This document shows positions 42,996-55,702 of a DNA stretch of 64,000 nt, piece by piece; position 1 is the first letter of the stretch; each line of letters starts with the position of its first letter. The notes under the pieces are model-generated. The model worked only from the letters and a program-made list of their open reading frames with translations. It had not been told where the DNA came from and ran no database searches. The stretch is from the human T2T-CHM13v2.0 reference genome, Homo sapiens. The stretch lies in the NCBI RefSeq assembly GCF_009914755.1, contig NC_060932.1. One strand, 5' to 3'. Position numbers and translations under genes: made by a program.

Positions 42996-44859
42996 CATAG
43001 CTGAGTTGGAGGGGGAGAAGATGAGGTCTTTTTTTTGTCATCTTGATTCAGTAAAAGAGAAGGGGGAGATGCTCTTCTGAGAAGGGCCATACTGAAGGGA
43101 GTGTTCTAGGGACACGAGCTGATAGCAATTTTGGGCAGCATCCTGGTATGAATCTGGCTGGCCTGTTTCTGTGATGCTTTTTAGTAGTATTCTGGGCTTT
43201 GGGAAGAAGATCAGACAAAAGGCAGAGAGGCATGTTTAGGTTTGTGTGCTGCTGGGCTCAGCTGGAGCTAGGGAGGTGGCCCCAGCAGTGTAGTGTCAGT
43301 AGGGCAACATTAAAGTGGTTGTCAAAGTTGTCCAGGACAGACAGGGACCCACACATGGCTATGGGGATTACCTGTCTGAATTATTGATGCCACTTCTTTC
43401 ACTGCTACAGCTATTATGACCATGACTCCCAACTGTCAGAAAGCATTGATTGATCACCCACATGGTGCCAGTGCCTGCAATCTCTTTGGCGTACTGGCTG
43501 TTGGGTAGGTTGAAGAGGGTTGTCGCCAGCAGTAGCTGTGTCTTTTTCATGGCTCCAGCTCCCAACACCAGCCTCTCCCGTTATGATCCTAGAGTAGCAG
43601 GTCTGTGGCTCCAGCTCCTGCCTATGTGACTGTTGTGATTACTGTTCTCGTTTAGCATATGAGAACACCAAGGTGCAGAGAGAAGTGACTTTCCCAAGAA
43701 CCCCAGCTGCTAAGCGAGGAAGCTGGTATACAATCTGGGGTAGTCCGATGAGGGAACTGAGTCAAGGAACAAGTCCAGAGTCACACTGCTGGTAGGTGAT
43801 AGAGTCAGAATCCCAGTGCAGGCTGTCTGAAAGGGGAGGAGTGGCAGATGAGGAGTGAGAGGGTGATCCAGATGCAGAAAGCCTCCTTATTCTTGATTTT
43901 GCTGCTCTTGGGCATGAAAGCGAAGCTAACACCTCCTGGAAGAGGAAGGCAAGAAGGGAGAGGAAGAAAGGGAGGAGGTAGAGAAGGAGGAGGAGGACCC
44001 AGGGCTTTGGCCTTGGCTTTGACTGTGTCTGAATGGGCAAATCCACACAGTGGCATCAGAGGCTCTTTGTCTCCCCAGCAGCTAGCCCCGATTAGCTTCA
44101 GGCCTCAGTCCTTCTCCAAAGCCACCACCCATCAGGGGCTGGTTCTCTTGCCCTTTGCCCGGGCTTTTGATCAGAGGGCACCAGGCACTAAAGGCACAGC
44201 TAGGAAGCTCTTCCTTAGGGATTCCTGGGACGGCTTCAAAGGTCGGAAAGCAATTTGCAGCTTTTGTGTGGAAGACCACAGGGTTTGGGGAGGGAGCGCT
44301 CCAGTTGGTGGGGAGCTAATTAGGGCCAGTAACTGGCCACTTCGCTCTCACTTGAAAGCTCTCTGGATGATGTGGTGGGGAGCACGGAGACCACTTTGTT
44401 CTCAGCAGGCAGCTGGCTGCCACTGTGTAAGTGGCAGGTTTGGGAAACGCGGTCTGGAAAGACTGGTACTTAATAACCCTCAGGAGATTTGTGAAATGGA
44501 CTCTCCATGAGTGGTTGTCCTGTATTTACATTTTGCAGTATGTTGCACCAAGGCTACAGTACTCTAATGCAACATTTTTTTTTTCCGGGATGCCTTTCTA
44601 TGTATGACTACTAATTATGGATCACATATACTGTTGTATCCTTATTAATAAAAGATATTCCCTCTCATCAATGAATTAACTGTTGCCATAGTGACTAATG
44701 CACTTTACAAGAGTGAAATTGGAATATTCTAAAAGCGGATCCCCTAAGGAAATGCCGGAAAAGTAAAAAGACATTTGGATTATTTATAAACCACAATTCT
44801 GCTAGGTTTTTTTGGGAGAAGGGGCACAGAAAGATATGCTATTAGACCAGTTTGGGGGC

Positions 44860-45100
44860 ATAGAGGTTGTATGTAGAGCTATAGCCAAAGGCTTCATTTC
44901 TAAGGTTGGCGAGTCCTGATTCTAATTTTGAATTTTCTGCCTATTAGATGTGTGAGTCTACACAGGTGAGTTGCACTCTCAGTTTCAGTTTCCTCATGGG
45001 GATAATTGTGGGATGTCATAAGATTGTGAATAATAAATCAATGACTCAGCCAGTAGGCCACATAGAAAGTGTTTGGTATAGATCAGTGGTTGTTATTGTT
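44860..45100 (+). mobile_element. MIR
   Basis: ctctcagtttcagtttcctcat...ggcacatag-like tail. Confidence 0.6.
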
Positions 45101-45916
45101 ATATAAACATTCATTAGTACTTGTTACCATCTGATTCCCACCATACTGGTCGGCAACTGGTGGTTACCAACCAGTAACCACCATAGTTCAGCCACTAGCT
45201 ATCTAATTCTTCAGTCTCCCCTCTCCACCTAGTAAGCAGCATACAGAAACATTCAATTCATTCCTGTTTTGTCACCAGAAGATTGTACAGTAATTTCTAT
45301 TGCTATCCTCATTAGTGCCCATTTGGTCTTTAATTGGGACAAAAATGACTGGATAAATGTACACAGATTTGTTAAAGAATTGGATTATGTATTATAATCT
45401 AATTATGCCAGGGGCTGTTAATGATTCTTTAGGCCAGTGATGTCTTTCTTTGTGTCCTTTATGTTTTGATCTACTTTCTGCTTTTGTTCTTTTGATGTTC
45501 TTGTAGCAACCTCACAAGACCCTTCTGAATCTACCCAGGGCCTAAGTATTCTGTTGAAAGGGCTTTGTTGTCCTAACTGCAAATCCTCATAAGCTGGCAT
45601 GCTTCCTTTTCCCTGGGTAGCTTTTCTGTCCTGTGCTCCTTAAGCAACAGCGTTTACAGAGTGAATTTGTGCATAGTGAGCAGCAAGGCATAGCTATTTC
45701 ATGGTCTTGCCTTTTCAAGTATTATGCATTGTAGTCTTGAATAAATGGGGTAAGTACAATTCAATACTTACTGGAGAGCATTTATGGTCTATCAGGTACT
45801 CTGCTCCTTGGTTTATGGGTATTAATAAACAATAATTTGGTTTAATTAACACAAAATTCTGAAAGGTAGGAAATAGTGGGGTCAAAACACTGGAACTGGA
45901 ATTCTGGTTCTATTTA

Positions 45917-46208
45917 CACTTGATCCTTGAACAACATGGGTTTGAACTGGGAGGGTCCACTTATACACAGATTATTTGCCATTAATGCAGTTGGCCCTCG
46001 GTATTGGCATGTTCCGCATCTGCAACCAAACCTGAGGCTGGAAGATTCCACATTTACAGGATTCAAAACTTGCTTATACAGAGGACTGGCTGTTCCTTTC
46101 CTATCCTCAAGTTCCGAAGGACCTACTGTGACACTTGAGTATGCGTGCACTGTGGTATGTGCAGGTGGTCCTAAAACCAATCCCCCAAGGATACTGAGAG
46201 ATGACTAT
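45917..46208. mobile_element. Tigger2a/MER8-type TcMar DNA transposon relic inside a MIR
   Basis: cacttgatccttgaacaacatgggtttgaactg..gggtccacttata, cagttggccctcggtat, aaccaatcccccaaggatactgagagatgact. TA flanks. Confidence 0.8.
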
Positions 46209-46669
46209 ACTAGCTTTGTGATGATGCACAAGTCACTATGGCCTCAGTTTCCTCATCTTTAAAATGCCAATCCTGATAATTGCTTTAGGGGATTATTGAG
46301 AGAATAAGTGAGATGTCATATTTAAAAATGCAGATCAGGTAAAATAAATGTGACTTATTTTCCTCTATTTAACATTCTGTTGAATAAGTTCTGCAGGTAT
46401 TTATCCCTCGAAAAACTGTCCTGCATTTGTGTGTTTTTGTTTTTGGCTTCCTTTGTCTCCTTTTTCACCCACTCTGACATATCCCCTTTGTCCATTCGGC
46501 CATAGAGCCTGAACTGAAGTCCACGTGTGCCTTCTGTGGTTTTGCTTCTTAGCGGTTTGTTCCTGAACTTCCTGTTTGTTTCCTTTAGGAAAACTCCTTT
46601 AGTTTAGGTGAAAAAAAAAAAAGGATTGATTTCCTCATAAAGCTTTCCTAGGAAGACCTATCCCCAGGC

Positions 46670-48085
46670 AGTTTTAGAATTTTAGCGTTTACATTTAGGT
46701 CTATTATCCATTTTTCTCTGAGTTACTTAGTTATGGTGTGAGATAAGGGTTTAAGGTGTCTTACTCTTTTATTTCTTATGAATGCCCTTCACCATTGAAT
46801 TGCCTTGGAAACATGGAAAATAATTGACCCTGAGTAGGGTTAATTTCTGGACCTTTTTGTTCCTTGGTCTCTAATTATATTTTTATGTCAATATCATACT
46901 GTCTTGATTACTGTACCTTTATAATATGTTTTGAAATTGGGTAGTGTGTAGCCTGAAAAATGGTCCTCCAAAAGATATTCATATCCTAATCCCTAGAACC
47001 TATTTATGTTATCTTATATGGCAAAAAAAAGGGTCTTTGCAGACATGATTAATTTGAGGGTTTTAAGATGGAGGAGATTATCTGGATTTTCTGGAATGAC
47101 TTTAAATGCAATTATAATTATCCTTATGAAAAGGAGGCAGAGGGAGATTTCACACACATACATATGTGTACACACACATAGACACACACACATACATGTA
47201 CACAGAAGGCGATGTGAAAATGGAGCAAAGTGAGATCTAAAGATGTTGACCTTGAAGATTTGAGTGATTTGGTCACAAATCAAGGAATGGCAGCAGCCAC
47301 CAGAAACTAGAAGAGGCAAAAAATACAGATTCTTTTCTAGAGCCTCCACCCTGCTGATACCTTGATTTCGGCCAAGTGATACTGATTTCAAGTTTCTGGT
47401 CTTCAGAACTGAGAGAAAATACATTTCTGCTGTTTTAAGCCACCACATTTGTGGTTATTTGTTACAGGAGCCATAAGAAACTAAACTACGTAGTACAAGC
47501 TTTCAAGATTTTCGTCTTTGGCTTTTAGCAGTTTGATTTTGACATGTTTAGATGTGGATCTATTTGTGTTTATTATATTTCTGGTTGTTGAGCTTCTTGG
47601 ATCCCCAGATTAATATTTTTTATAAAATTTGGAAAGCTTTGGCTATTATTTTAAAAAGGTATTTTTTCCACTCTTTTCTCTCTCCTCTCCTTCTGAGACT
47701 CATATTACATGTATGTTGGTATACTTGATGGTGTCCCAGAGGTCTCTGAGACTGTGTTTATTTCTTCTTCAATCTTTTTTTCTTCTGATTGGGTAATTTC
47801 TACTGATTTACATGTAAGTTCACGATTATTTCTTCTGCTGTTTTAAATATGATGTTGAGCCCATATGGTGAATGTTTTATTCCAGCTACTGTACTTTTCA
47901 ACTGTAGAACTTCTTTTTGATTCTTTTAAAAAGAGTTTCTATTTCTCTATTGATATTTCTTATTTTGAATCATTGTCAAAATATTTTCATTTAATTCTTT
48001 AAACAAAATTTCCTGTAATTGTTTGAACATACTTCTAATAGCTACTTTGTAGTCTTTGTCTACTAAATCCAATATCTAGATCTCC
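46670..48085 (-). mobile_element. Old L1M fragments, split by an MLT1 LTR
   Basis: tttacatttaggtctat, tactgtcttgattactgta, tttggaaagctttggctattatt, ctactgatttacatgtaagttcacg are typical of L1M antisense. Confidence 0.65.
46945..47489 (+). mobile_element. MLT1C/D-like LTR with internal CA-rich tract
   Basis: aaagatattcatatcctaatccctagaacct, gggtctttgcagacatgattaa, tttctgctgttttaagccacc. Confidence 0.85.
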
Positions 48086-49346
48086 TCAAGAGTGTTTTAT
48101 TGAAGAATGGGTATGTGCTTTGGGTAGGGAGGAAAGTTTTGGTAATACAAGGAAGGTTGGAGAGAGCTGGCCTCATGCAATGCCAGGGTGTACTCAGGGA
48201 AGGAAACTGAAAGGCACATCAGAGGCAGAGTCAACAGATTTAAAGAATATTAATTTTCTGACATTCTAAGTGCTGCATATTTGATAATTATCCTGTTTCA
48301 TATTGTTCTCCAGAGGTTTGTGTTATGGTTTTGTTTTCTCCCAGATTAAAACTTTTGTCAAAGATAGGGCCTATTTTATTTTTCTTTAATGTATTCCTCA
48401 ATGTCTAACCTACTGCTATAATTGTGGTGGCACTTTAATTTACATTTATCAACTTGATTTAAATAGCATAAGTCTGTCTTGAAATTCTGATCTTGCTTCC
48501 AACTTGCTTTGTAGCCTCAGAAAAATCAAATTGCTTTTCTAGTCTTTACTCTTTTCATCTTGTCAATGGGAACAATAATTATAGAGTAATAATGTTAATA
48601 GGAATAATGACTCATTTTGCAACAGGAATGTGATAAAGAATAATAGATAAGCCTGAGGTGAATATAATTGGCAAACTTTAAATGTACTCTGAATGATACC
48701 CTAAGTTCTTCCAAGGATAGGCTTACAAAGGGTGTTACATACAGATTATTTTCCATCTTTGCATCACTAGGATGGTAAGAGCAGATATCTGACCTCATCA
48801 TGTTTCCAAAAATGCCTAATGGTTTTCAAAAAGCTGTGTGTTATGTGTGGGAATGCCCATTTCAAATAGAGGCAATAAACCACAAGTTGGTCTTCAATAT
48901 CTTTAAAAAAAAAAAGCAAGTAGACTTTAAGTTCGCACAAAATTAACACATCCATTATTTTTCACAGTGAGACCTGAAGGGGGTTGTTTTTTTGTTTTGC
49001 TTTGTAGATATGCTCTCAAGGCATTGAGAAGACCCTTTTTAGAAGTGAGAAAAAGCCAGTCTGTAATGGCATTGGGATCTTCACAAGTTTTATGTCAAAT
49101 GAAACTTGTTTTCTCCACATTACTGGTTGTAGCAGTCACAACTTCATAAAATAATCTCAGATGCAAGTGAAATATGAAATTCACTAGGTGTCCTGAGCAA
49201 GCTCTTGAGGGTCAGAAAGCACTGAGATGTGGTAGAAATGCCCCAAATAGACATAGTATCCAGACTTAACTCTAGGCTCTTTCTGGCCAACTATACCTGT
49301 GACTCCATTTTCTTCTCTCTCAGAGAAGCATAAGTCTATTAAGCCT

Positions 49347-49452
49347 TATGTTAGTTATTAACATATGTTAGTTATTACTAACTAACATACTAACTTATTA
49401 ACATACTAACATATTAACTAACATACTAACATATTAACATAACTAACATATG
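49347..49452. repeat. AT-rich inverted/tandem minirepeat (atgttagtta / taactaacat)
   Basis: Two copies of tatgttagtta, followed by several actaacat/ttaacat units in the reverse-complement orientation. Confidence 0.85.
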
Positions 49453-49994
49453 GTACACTTATTTTAAAATAATTATCTTTTTATATTTTTTAGGGCTCAA
49501 TAACCTGGAATAAAATGAAAAAATAAATAAAAATAAATTCATTTCCTTTGGTCAAATCCAGTGATGTACTGAATGGTAAGAAGTAGAACTAAGGCTCCTG
49601 AATGGAAAGATACTAGTCATGCCAGACAGTCTAGCCTTTTGTAGAAATATTTTAAAGTATGGATAACCTCTGTCTGCCCAAACTGTAGTTTGGAACATAA
49701 AAGGGAAGACAGGCCAAGCCATTCCAGTCCTTGGCTGCTAAAGCCTGTGACTGCTGCTGCCAGGCATCTTCCAGGCTTGGTGTCAGCTCCAGCTGGAGCT
49801 GAGATGTTTCCCTCTATACAACCGCAGGTGGTTATATAATTAGCAGTATACACTTGTAGGGCTGTAAAGAGAAGTCTGGTAACAAATCCATCCTTGGTGC
49901 ACATCTGTTGGGTGTTACAATTGACTGGAAAATGGTCTGTTCTTGAAATAAATAGATCAAAACACTTTTTTTTTATTTCTGAAAATTAAAAAAA

Positions 49995-50558
49995 ATTTTC
50001 TTAACTTTTAAGTTCAGGGGTACATATGCAGGTTTGTTACATAGGTAAACTTGTATCACGGGGGTTTGTTGTACAGATTATTTCATTACTCAGGTATTAA
50101 GCCTAGTACCCATTAGTTATTTTTTCCTGATTCCCTCCATCCTCCTGCCATTCAGCCTCTGATAGGCCCCAGTGTGTGTCGTTCCCCTCTGTGTGTCCAT
50201 GTGTTATCATCATTTCACTCCCACTTATAAATGAGAACATGTGGTATTTGGTTTTCTGTCCCTGTGTTAGTTTGCTAAGGATAAGGGCCTCCAGCTCCAT
50301 CCATGTGCCTGAAAAGGACACAGTCTTATTCTTTTTTATGGCTGCATAGTATTCCAAGGTGTATATGTACCACATTTTCTTTATCCAGTCTACCATTGAT
50401 GAGAATTTAGGTTGATTCCTGGAAGACAGTGTGGCGATTCCTCAAAGACCTAAAGACAGAAATTCGACCAAGAAATCCCATTACCAATAACCAAAGGAAT
50501 ATAAATCATTCTGTTATAAAGACGCATGCATGGGTATGTTCATTGCAACATTATTCAC
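49995..50558 (-). mobile_element. L1PA12/13-like 3' end with 5' inversion
   Basis: 3' UTR and ORF2 end lie on - (to 50419). The adjacent upstream L1 sequence (WRFLKDLKTEI) lies on + at 50420-50558. Confidence 0.9.
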
Positions 50559-51240
50559 TTTTGTATTTTAAATATTCTGAGGTTGATTATTTAGGCAAAG
50601 TCACCACTGAAGCCTAAATGACTGAAATGGCAGTGACAAGCAAGCTTGAAGTGTATCTATATCCTCTGCTATCCACTCAGTTTGAGCATTTTCTGCATCT
50701 TTCAGAAGCCTTCTGGAGCCACAGATGCCCTCTGGACGGGTCACTTTGCAAGAGAACCTGTTGCACTTCCTATCTTCTGCCTTGTACTAAGGAATCTGAT
50801 CTTGTCATAGTATTTGACTTATTTCTCACCCCTCTCGACCATGTGGATACACATTTCCATTTACATACCTGCCAAAAGTGTGGACATACTTGGACATACT
50901 TCCAATTGGATGCCACTCAAATAAAAGACAATTTATTACTTTTAACCAAAAATTCATTTATTCAAAAGCTGTACCAAAGATATCAGTGAAAATAAAGTCC
51001 CAGCTTAGCAGAGAATCAAAGTTCTATTAAGCACCTCTCTTTTCTCTGCACAGTTATTGATTTCCATAGCGCATGCAAGAAAGAGAACTTGGAATCCAGA
51101 CTTTGATCCCAAATTAATATATGTGTTAGGATGGGAGAGGTATATTTCGGTCCTCCACATGCTCTTCAGTATCTGACTGTTTAACTTGTTCAGAACTAGG
51201 TGAAGAAGAGAGGTGTTGGGTGCTCCCTGAAAACTCCCAA

Positions 51241-51364
51241 CAAGGTTGTTTTAATTTCTCTGCTACTAGTGACTTCTCCAGTCTCGGTTTAGGTCCTCTT
51301 TATAGTTTTAGCTAAACTGAAAATGACTAAAACTGGAAGTGACCATAAACTAAAAATAACCCTT
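51241..51364. mobile_element. Ancient palindromic non-autonomous DNA-transposon-like relic (possibly MER135-like)
   Basis: Imperfect terminal inverted repeats (caaggttgttttaattt / aaactaaaaataaccctt) and a central agttttagctaaact palindrome. Confidence 0.45.
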
Positions 51365-52199
51365 AATCTTTATTTCATGGTCACTTTTCTCACACAGTAA
51401 ATGGCTCTTCCAATCACCAGCTAGCAAAAAGCTAGCTGGACATCAGGAGTGAAGGGTCATGTTGGCTATGGGCTGTGGTTCTATTAATTGTCATCCAAAT
51501 GGGCACGGAATTTAAAATTAAAATTTTCTTAAAAGCCTGGAAAGGCCCAGAGTAACAACACAGCCCCTGTTTTTTAACATGTGCTGAGGTGTCCTCCTAA
51601 TGGTTTTCAGGACTGAGAACAAAACCCCTTATCAGGATAAAGGGCAGGATTGACATGTCATCCAGGGCATGGACAGAGGCAGAAACCAGATCTTCGTGTG
51701 TGCATGTGTCTGTGCATTAATCATCCACAGCATGCTTTGTGGACCACCATACCTAAGAAGGTTTTGCAAACTATCTGGCAAGATGAGATAATGTGTTTCC
51801 ACATTTAGCATTTTGGCTCTCCAGGCATCAGAACTTTGTAGCTTTAACTCAAAAGCTTATCACTATAGAAATAAAAATAATTTAAGTTTCCAATAGTAAG
51901 GGGAAGAAGACTTCTTAAAAGTCTCTTATGAAGCAGAATAATAAGTGAAAAGTAAGAGAAATGAGACTGGTTGGATTTTTACACTTTACAAAGTCAGAAG
52001 AGGGAATTTTCTGAATGCCTTTTGCCAACAGCAAGTCCTTGAAACTCAGCTCAAGATTTGAGCAAAGCTAGATTGGCTTGTCTCTAATTTAGGATAGAAA
52101 AGAGAAAAAATGAAAAAGTTAAACCCCAGGGACCCAAGGGAAATTTCTAAAAGCTTCTTATATTTTGATACTGTGTTCCTGGTTTTAATCCTCTTTTCG

Positions 52200-52450
52200 A
52201 ATCTAGTTAGTTCATGGCTGCCAGATTAATCTTCCTGAAATATCATTTTGTATACGACACTTTCCATGCTCGGAAATTTACAAGAGTGGTTTATTTTCCC
52301 CAGGAGGGGATAAAAGTTAGTAGCCTGGCATTCGAAGGCCATTTGTGCTGGCCTCTGCCCACCTGCCAGACTCTTCCTCCACAGCTACAGCCATAGGATT
52401 CTCCCTGGTCTTTTTCTGAGCATCCCATGCACATTCTCCTTTCTTGTTTT
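52200..52450 (+). mobile_element. L2 fragment
   Basis: gctgccagattaatcttcctgaaatatcattttg, tagcctggcattcgaaggcc. Confidence 0.65.
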
Positions 52451-52814
52451 TTCCTTACATGTGGTTGTCAAACTCTGGTATGCATGAGAATTACTTTAAA
52501 TGCTTGTTAAAAATACCAACATCACCATCATCCTATTCTACCAAATAGGATAGACTGTTTACACTCAGCTCTGCTTGTTAAGTCTTAGTCTTCTTCTTAG
52601 CCAAGCCTAGGTTCAGAGTTGCCAGAAGCCCAGCTTAGATAAGAACTTTGAAAAGAGAAAGGCATCCTAGGCAGGGGGAGAAACCAGGCAAAACTGGAAA
52701 TGTTTGGAAACCATCAGTCAAAATTTGGATTAGCAGATTGAGTCTAAATGACTTAGCATTGCCTAATGTGACTGCACGGAGGAATTCTAATGCCTTTTAT
52801 TGAAAAGGTGCCTG

Positions 52815-53012
52815 TTTCAAGGCTGGAGAGAATTGAGTCTAAGTCCTCACTTATTTGCTGATACTGGGCTGGCTTGGACAAGTGCCTTGTTTCTCTGACA
52901 TCTACTTCATTCACTTGGAAAATGGACTACATGTTTTCTTTATTGTAGAGGTAAGATGTTATAACGTGTGCAATGCATTTGGCACATAGTGGGTACTTAA
53001 TAAATGTTGGCT
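52815..53012 (+). mobile_element. MIR
   Basis: cttggacaagtgcctt, ggcacatagtgggtacttaataaatgttggct. Confidence 0.7.
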
Positions 53013-53039
53013 CCCTTCACTTCTGTCTGGGTGGCTGAG

Positions 53040-53474
53040 ACAGGCTGAAGAGCCAGCTGCTGTGACACAGTGGCGAATTCCCATTTTCAGCTAACGACTC
53101 CTGCATTTCTACGTGTAAGAATTTCCTCTCTGAGACATGCTTTTCATGTCCGTGTGCTAGGCTGGACATACCAGAGAATTAATCCTCTTCAGGAACAGCT
53201 CTCAACCAATGACTAATGGGAATGGTTGTAACTCAGCTTCCTCATCCCTTGGGTGTGATAACTCAGAGTGACTGCATGGGATTAAACTCCAGGCAGCTGT
53301 AGTGGTAGCTGGCTTAAGAATTGGCCAATTAAAGATAAACTCTTAACTGACTGCCTTCTCTCCCTTGTGTCATCCACTCCCCAACTAGTCTTTATTTCAC
53401 CTCTCAAATAAACTAATTGTTTCCTCATGCCCATCTCAGGGACTGCTTCTTTTGAAAGAATGCAAACTGAAACA
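53040..53474 (+). mobile_element. LTR16A-like (ERVL) LTR
   Basis: ccagagaattaat...gctctcaaccaatgactaatggga, tgggattaaactccag, cacctctcaaataaacta. Confidence 0.75.
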
Positions 53475-54169
53475 GACTGTTAGTCTGCTTTCCTCTTCAC
53501 AACTTCTCCCAGTAGAGCTGGTCTAGCAGCTCCCAAATGTTTTATGAATCTGGGTGGCAGAATAGGTATATAATCTCAGTCTTTATAAGCCATGTTGTCA
53601 TCGTGGAACACAAGAAATGTGACAGTGGCAATAACACGCTACATCTCAGTCACCCTAATGTATAAACTAATACAACAGTTGGGTACATTCCATGTCTCTG
53701 ATATTAAATGATGACTGAATTATTGATAACCAGTTCCACACGCCCTTGAATCAAATATTCATATAGCAATATCTTGCATGTGGCAACTGGATTCCTTCTG
53801 AATGATTTTTATCACTCAGAAACCTGCCCACATCTTTCCCCTCATACAAGATGAATTGGTTGCATTCCAGAAAGATAACTTGTGGAGATGAGATGTTTAA
53901 ACATTGACTGTTGTGTTCTATCATAGTTGACACACAGCAGGGTTTTCCTGGGACAAGTGTCAAGCACCAAAGAAAGATATCAATGGTCTGAGACTTTCAT
54001 TAGGGTCTATTACAGAGTTTGTTTTTGCTGGCCTATTTCATGATAATCTTGAAATGGGAAACACAAAACTCAGGCATGGAAGAACTGGAATGGGCTTTCC
54101 ATTAGCACATTTGCTGCACATTTATATTTACTATATGGTTGCAAGAATTTCTGTTTATGTAATCTCACA

Positions 54170-54425
54170 CTTCTCTGGATTCTTGTAGCACTTTTAGTCT
54201 GTATTGCTCTTAGGCACTTATATAAGTCTTGTATTACACATTTATTGGTGTATGTCTTCTCTTTTCTATTGGATCATATTCTCCTTGAAATCATGGTATT
54301 CAGTGTTTTTGACATTGAGATGTTTTCTCCCCTAGGTCCTTATATCTTACCTATTCTTGCATTCTCAGCACTTAGTTAAGAATCTAAAATATTGTAGGTG
54401 CTTCATAAATGCTTGTTGAATGACA
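54170..54425 (+). mobile_element. L2 3' end
   Basis: cattctcagcacttag...tgtaggtgcttcataaatgcttgttgaatga. Confidence 0.65.
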
Positions 54426-55570
54426 ACATTTGACACCAAATGCATGCAATATTGATACCTCAGATACAAAAGACCTATCATCTCAGTAAGGTTTGTGTGC
54501 CATGGGGTGCATAGTTTGTATCCTCATTATCTGTCTTCTGGATCTAGTCTCTTTAAAGATTTCTGAAGAAAAAATTATGCTAAGAGATCTCTTTGGAAGA
54601 CGTTAAAAGGGCATGTTAGCTTTTATTAATTTTGTTAATGTTGCAGACACTCAGTGCCATACCTTGTCATTCAATAGCATTTATGGAAACTTATTATGGT
54701 TTGGGCTCTTTACTGGCTTCTTGGAATATTTAGTTTTTCAAAACATTTTGCCACTCATTGCTATGTGCATTTTGATAATTACAAGTCATTGATGAACATG
54801 CACAAGGGTCATAAATAATTATACAATTTTTATAGTGTGTTGTAAAGATAGGAATTAGCTGGTGATACCATTACTGAAAAAATATGCTTTTATTTTATGT
54901 AAAATATAAAATTAAAAAAATAACACTGACCAATTTCCAGATACTAGCCACTATGATGTAATGAATTAACTGTGCCAAGCAAATACTGACTCATGTAAAC
55001 ACTTGCAACAATCCTATGAAGTATGTATTGTCTTCCTTTTATTTTCCCAATAAGCGAACTTACCTGGGGCCAGACACAGAGCCAGGAAGTAGCATATTTG
55101 GGATAGAATACAGGAAATCTGACTCCAAAATTTGCTCACTTAACCAGTGTAATGCTGTTTCTCATAGCTAGTTGTTTCTCATTTTATTTTGGCTGCCAGG
55201 ATGTTTAGAGACAAATTTATCATTGAACTTTACATTTACATTTAACTTTGACTTGAATTTCTTGGCATTTGTTTTCCTTTTGATCTCATCTTCCTCTATT
55301 TTGCTGTTGCCTTGATTTTTGAAAATTTCTATTTTTTAAATCTTATTGCTTTATATGTGTGGGTGACAACAATATCATTGGCTATAACGCAACTTTCATT
55401 ATTGATATCATTAGGCAGAAGATATCCGGTAATTCTATAGCCAGTCACTTTCTTAGGAAATGATGATCTGGATAGGTGAAGTAACTTGTTCTGGTTCACA
55501 TAGCTATTGAGTGGTCACTCTGTTGGAAGAATCCATCTCCCCTTGCTTCTGATCTAATGTATGGTTTTCT

Positions 55571-55702
55571 TTTTTTTTTATTATTATTATACTTTAAGTT
55601 CTAGGGTACATGTACACAACGTGCAGGTTTGTTACGTATGTATACATGTGCCATGTTGGTGTGCTGCACCCATTAACTCATCATTTGCATTAGGAGATAT
55701 AC
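55571..55702 (-). mobile_element. Very short L1PA4/5-like insertion with terminal micro-inversion, inside a MIR
   Basis: Poly-A and the last ~110 bp of the L1 3' UTR. 17-bp TSD ctaatgtatggttttct (55554-55570, 55703-55719). Confidence 0.93.

Noticed and set aside
43848-44510. 220-aa ORF with a signal-peptide-like start
   Set aside because: Starts at a non-ATG codon, crosses a purine-rich low-complexity run, and shows no recognisable homology or exon structure.
49347-49452. CRISPR-like or regularly spaced repeat array
   Set aside because: There are no unique spacers between constant repeats here or anywhere in the window, and the context is eukaryotic.
50618-50989. 123-aa ATG ORF next to an L1, considered as a processed pseudogene
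   Set aside because: No recognisable protein on either strand and no poly-A/TSD bracket. A nearby CTCF-like ccagagggca match has core mismatches.
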